26,888 nucleotides of DNA, from positions 1-26,888 of the IMG/VR virus record IMGVR_UViG_3300048442_000200; one strand, written 5' to 3'. The stretch comes from a virus. Its lineage: Duplodnaviria > Caudoviricetes. Below the pieces are notes generated by a model that saw only the letters and a list, made by a program, of their open reading frames with translations, ran no database searches and was not told the origin of the DNA. Position 1 is the first letter of the stretch. The number at the start of each line of letters is the position of its first letter. Positions 24,949-26,888 of this stretch are shown one piece after another. The translations under genes were made by a program, and so were the position numbers.

Positions 24949-25672
24949 TTGGTGTGATGAGGATAGGCGTTTGCTTTTCGGTGTCCCAGTCTTCCGTCTG
25001 GAGGATCCGGGCTAGGCGGAGATTACGGAGGGCGTCGTCGTATGTAAGTCCTGCATTTTTAAATGCATCAACAACAGCAGGCCAGTAATCACCTTTAGCT
25101 TTGTCAAGGATTATCCCGGCACGTTTTGGGCCAACGCCGATACATCCGGCATAGCCATCTGTACTGTCACCTGTCAAAGTTTGCTCGTAGAGTTTTCGCT
25201 CAGCATCTGCTGGATCAACAGTCCACTCTTCTTTAAGGTTGTAAAGACGGCATGGTATTTGTTGTAGATCCTTATCAGGAGAGATTAGAACAAAGTTGGT
25301 GAACTCACCAGATGTAGCAGCAATACCTAACGCATCATCAGCTTCTAAGTTTGGGATAATGATTGATGGATAAGTTTCCATCCCCCAGTTCTTAAGCTTT
25401 AGATAACCGCAAGGCTTCCTTTTTGTCCTGTTTCCTTTGTAGCTTGGGTCAATCTGTTTCCTGAAATTTTTAGTGTCAGTGAAATAAAGAGTTAGATCAT
25501 CAGAGTCAAACCTTGTTGTCAGCTTATTTATCTCTTGTTTGACAATCTGTTTACCTCGCTTGAAGTCACCAACAATGACAGTCAGATCAGGGTTGTACTC
25601 CTGCTCCTCTTCTGCCGCTGATGCTGCTCGATACCAGAAAAAGTCTGCATCGATTAATAGCTTAGTCTGCAT
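24935..25672 (-). CDS. 5'-3' exonuclease (gp6)
   Basis: LLIDAD, YKGNR, LEADD, SPDKDL and GDSTDGYAGCIGVG motifs. Start placed at MQTKLLIDAD (25672), which overlaps the upstream stop, rather than 25714. Confidence 0.93.
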   Translation of the reverse strand: MQTKLLIDADFFWYRAASAAEEEQEYNPDLTVIVGDFKRGKQIVKQEINKLTTRFDSDDLTLYFTDTKNFRKQIDPSYKGNRTKRKPCGYLKLKNWGMETYPSIIIPNLEADDALGIAATSGEFTNFVLISPDKDLQQIPCRLYNLKEEWTVDPADAERKLYEQTLTGDSTDGYAGCIGVGPKRAGIILDKAKGDYWPAVVDAFKNAGLTYDDALRNLRLARILQTEDWDTEKQTPILITPNVEA

Positions 25673-26105
25673 TGGTTGGTTGAGTGGAAGTGGTTTTGTA
25701 ATAGCGGTTGTCATTGGCCCAAAAGTCTTCCCATCCGCTAGGGATGCGGCCTTGAACCCAGCTCACCTCCCAATCAGCGATATCCCCCTTAGGGGTTACT
25801 GCTACTGGATAGACAGGTTCTTTAACCGTAAATGCGTTGGCGCATTTCCAGCTCCCCTGGCTCCAGGTGCGGCATTTAACGTCTACCTGTAATAGGCCAA
25901 GTTTTGGATGGATAATGACAATATCAGTAGGCCCAGTGCAACCGACATTTTGAAAGACTTCACAGCCTTTCCAGTGGGATAACAACTTGACGTACTGCTC
26001 GGCTATGTCTCCAAGTCGGTTAGGGCTAATGACAGTCGGCCCAGGAATTTCCGATCTTATATTCAGAGTCGAGAGCGCATCGGAAACGAAATTGGTGTTG
26101 AACAT
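25662..26105 (-). CDS. PD-(D/E)XK endonuclease, free-standing (start uncertain)
   Basis: RLGDIAE...GCEVF...GPTDIVI...QVDVK gives the E...D...DxK catalytic pattern. Confidence 0.7.
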   Translation of the reverse strand: MFNTNFVSDALSTLNIRSEIPGPTVISPNRLGDIAEQYVKLLSHWKGCEVFQNVGCTGPTDIVIIHPKLGLLQVDVKCRTWSQGSWKCANAFTVKEPVYPVAVTPKGDIADWEVSWVQGRIPSGWEDFWANDNRYYKTTSTQPTNAD

Positions 26106-26888
26106 CTTTCATTGCGTAAGTGGTGATTTCGCCAGCCTGCTCTGCTTGGCTAGGTGCAACGGATAGCTGAACCTCGTCGTGGATAAAACCCAAAGGGGTG
26201 TAATCGATGCCAGCTTCCTGCAACATCTCGTTAATTCGTAATAACCAGGCCTTGCACAAAACAGCGCCCATTGACTGCAAGCAGTAATTAAGAGCTGCAT
26301 GACGTTTACCTTGTAGTCGTATAGGCCGACCATCAAGACCTCTAAGTACATCAGTCTCGGCTCTACTTTGGATTGCTTTGTTTAACTCTGCAAATCCATC
26401 TAGGTCATCCATAATACGTTTACGGATTTCCTTGCCTTTAGCTGTTGCTTTACTCTTTGATGCACCGGCAACAGTGCCAATCTTGTTATCACCACCGCCA
26501 TAAATCATCGAATAAGTTACACCCTTCGATGTAGATCTGTCGGTTCCGTAGATACTGGCTAGCTTACTGTGGATGTCGCCTTCAACAACTTCTTTGGCAA
26601 ACTTGCCTCCATCAAAGGGGTGCAATATATGCCCTAAGCATCGAAGTTCGAGGCCAGAAGCATCACATCCGACCTGTACTCTGCCCTTACCTGGGTAGAA
26701 TAATTCACGATAATCATGGGCAGACGGGGTCTGCGCTAAATTTGGCCCAACATGGCAATTTCTGCCGGTATTTGTGTTAAGGAAGCAGGAATGATGAATC
26801 TTACCTTTCCTCTCTTTCTTCAGCCAAGCATTCTTGCCGTCTGACAATTGGCCTAGGTGTTTCTGAAGTTCAAGAATACGGGCAAACT
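26026..26888 (-). CDS. DNA polymerase family A (gp5), C-terminal part, 5' truncated
   Basis: Frame is open to the window end (FARILELQKHLGQLSDGKNAWLK). Motif A DASGLELR, motif B RSTSKGVTYSMIYGGG, motif C HDEVQ, ends WADCH. Confidence 0.97.
   Translation of the reverse strand, partial: FARILELQKHLGQLSDGKNAWLKKERKGKIHHSCFLNTNTGRNCHVGPNLAQTPSAHDYRELFYPGKGRVQVGCDASGLELRCLGHILHPFDGGKFAKEVVEGDIHSKLASIYGTDRSTSKGVTYSMIYGGGDNKIGTVAGASKSKATAKGKEIRKRIMDDLDGFAELNKAIQSRAETDVLRGLDGRPIRLQGKRHAALNYCLQSMGAVLCKAWLLRINEMLQEAGIDYTPLGFIHDEVQLSVAPSQAEQAGEITTYAMKDVQHQFRFRCALDSEYKIGNSWADCH

Noticed and set aside
983-26351. Remaining short plus-strand and nested alternate-frame ORFs in the track
   Set aside because: They lie within well-supported minus-strand genes, often mirror low-complexity codon runs, and show no motifs.

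Overview
A 26.9 kb fragment of a T7-like podovirus (Autographiviridae-type), very probably a marine cyanophage of Synechococcus/Prochlorococcus. All real genes are on the minus strand in T7 order, reading from the right end: family A DNA polymerase (5' truncated), PD-(D/E)XK nuclease, 5'-3' exonuclease, DUF3310, MazG-like pyrophosphohydrolase, a compact class I ribonucleotide reductase (alpha and beta), two small genes, portal, a small gene, scaffold, major capsid, tail tubular A and B, gp13-gp16-like internal virion proteins, tail fibre, a LamG/SPRY protein and a truncated fibre-associated gene. Bases 1-19 are Illumina adapter. The most notable part is 17.6-18.8 kb. The major capsid gene is split by a 226-nt ORF-less group I intron (17595-17820) whose removal restores a 331-aa capsid protein. 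The scaffold-capsid spacer holds a glutamine-II (Downstream-peptide) riboswitch ahead of an unannotated 38-aa DUF4278-like peptide, followed by further structured elements: a tRNA-like acceptor/T-arm minihelix, a branched hairpin, a UACG hairpin and two perfect palindromes. All structures were folded by eye and family calls come from recognised motifs, not database searches.
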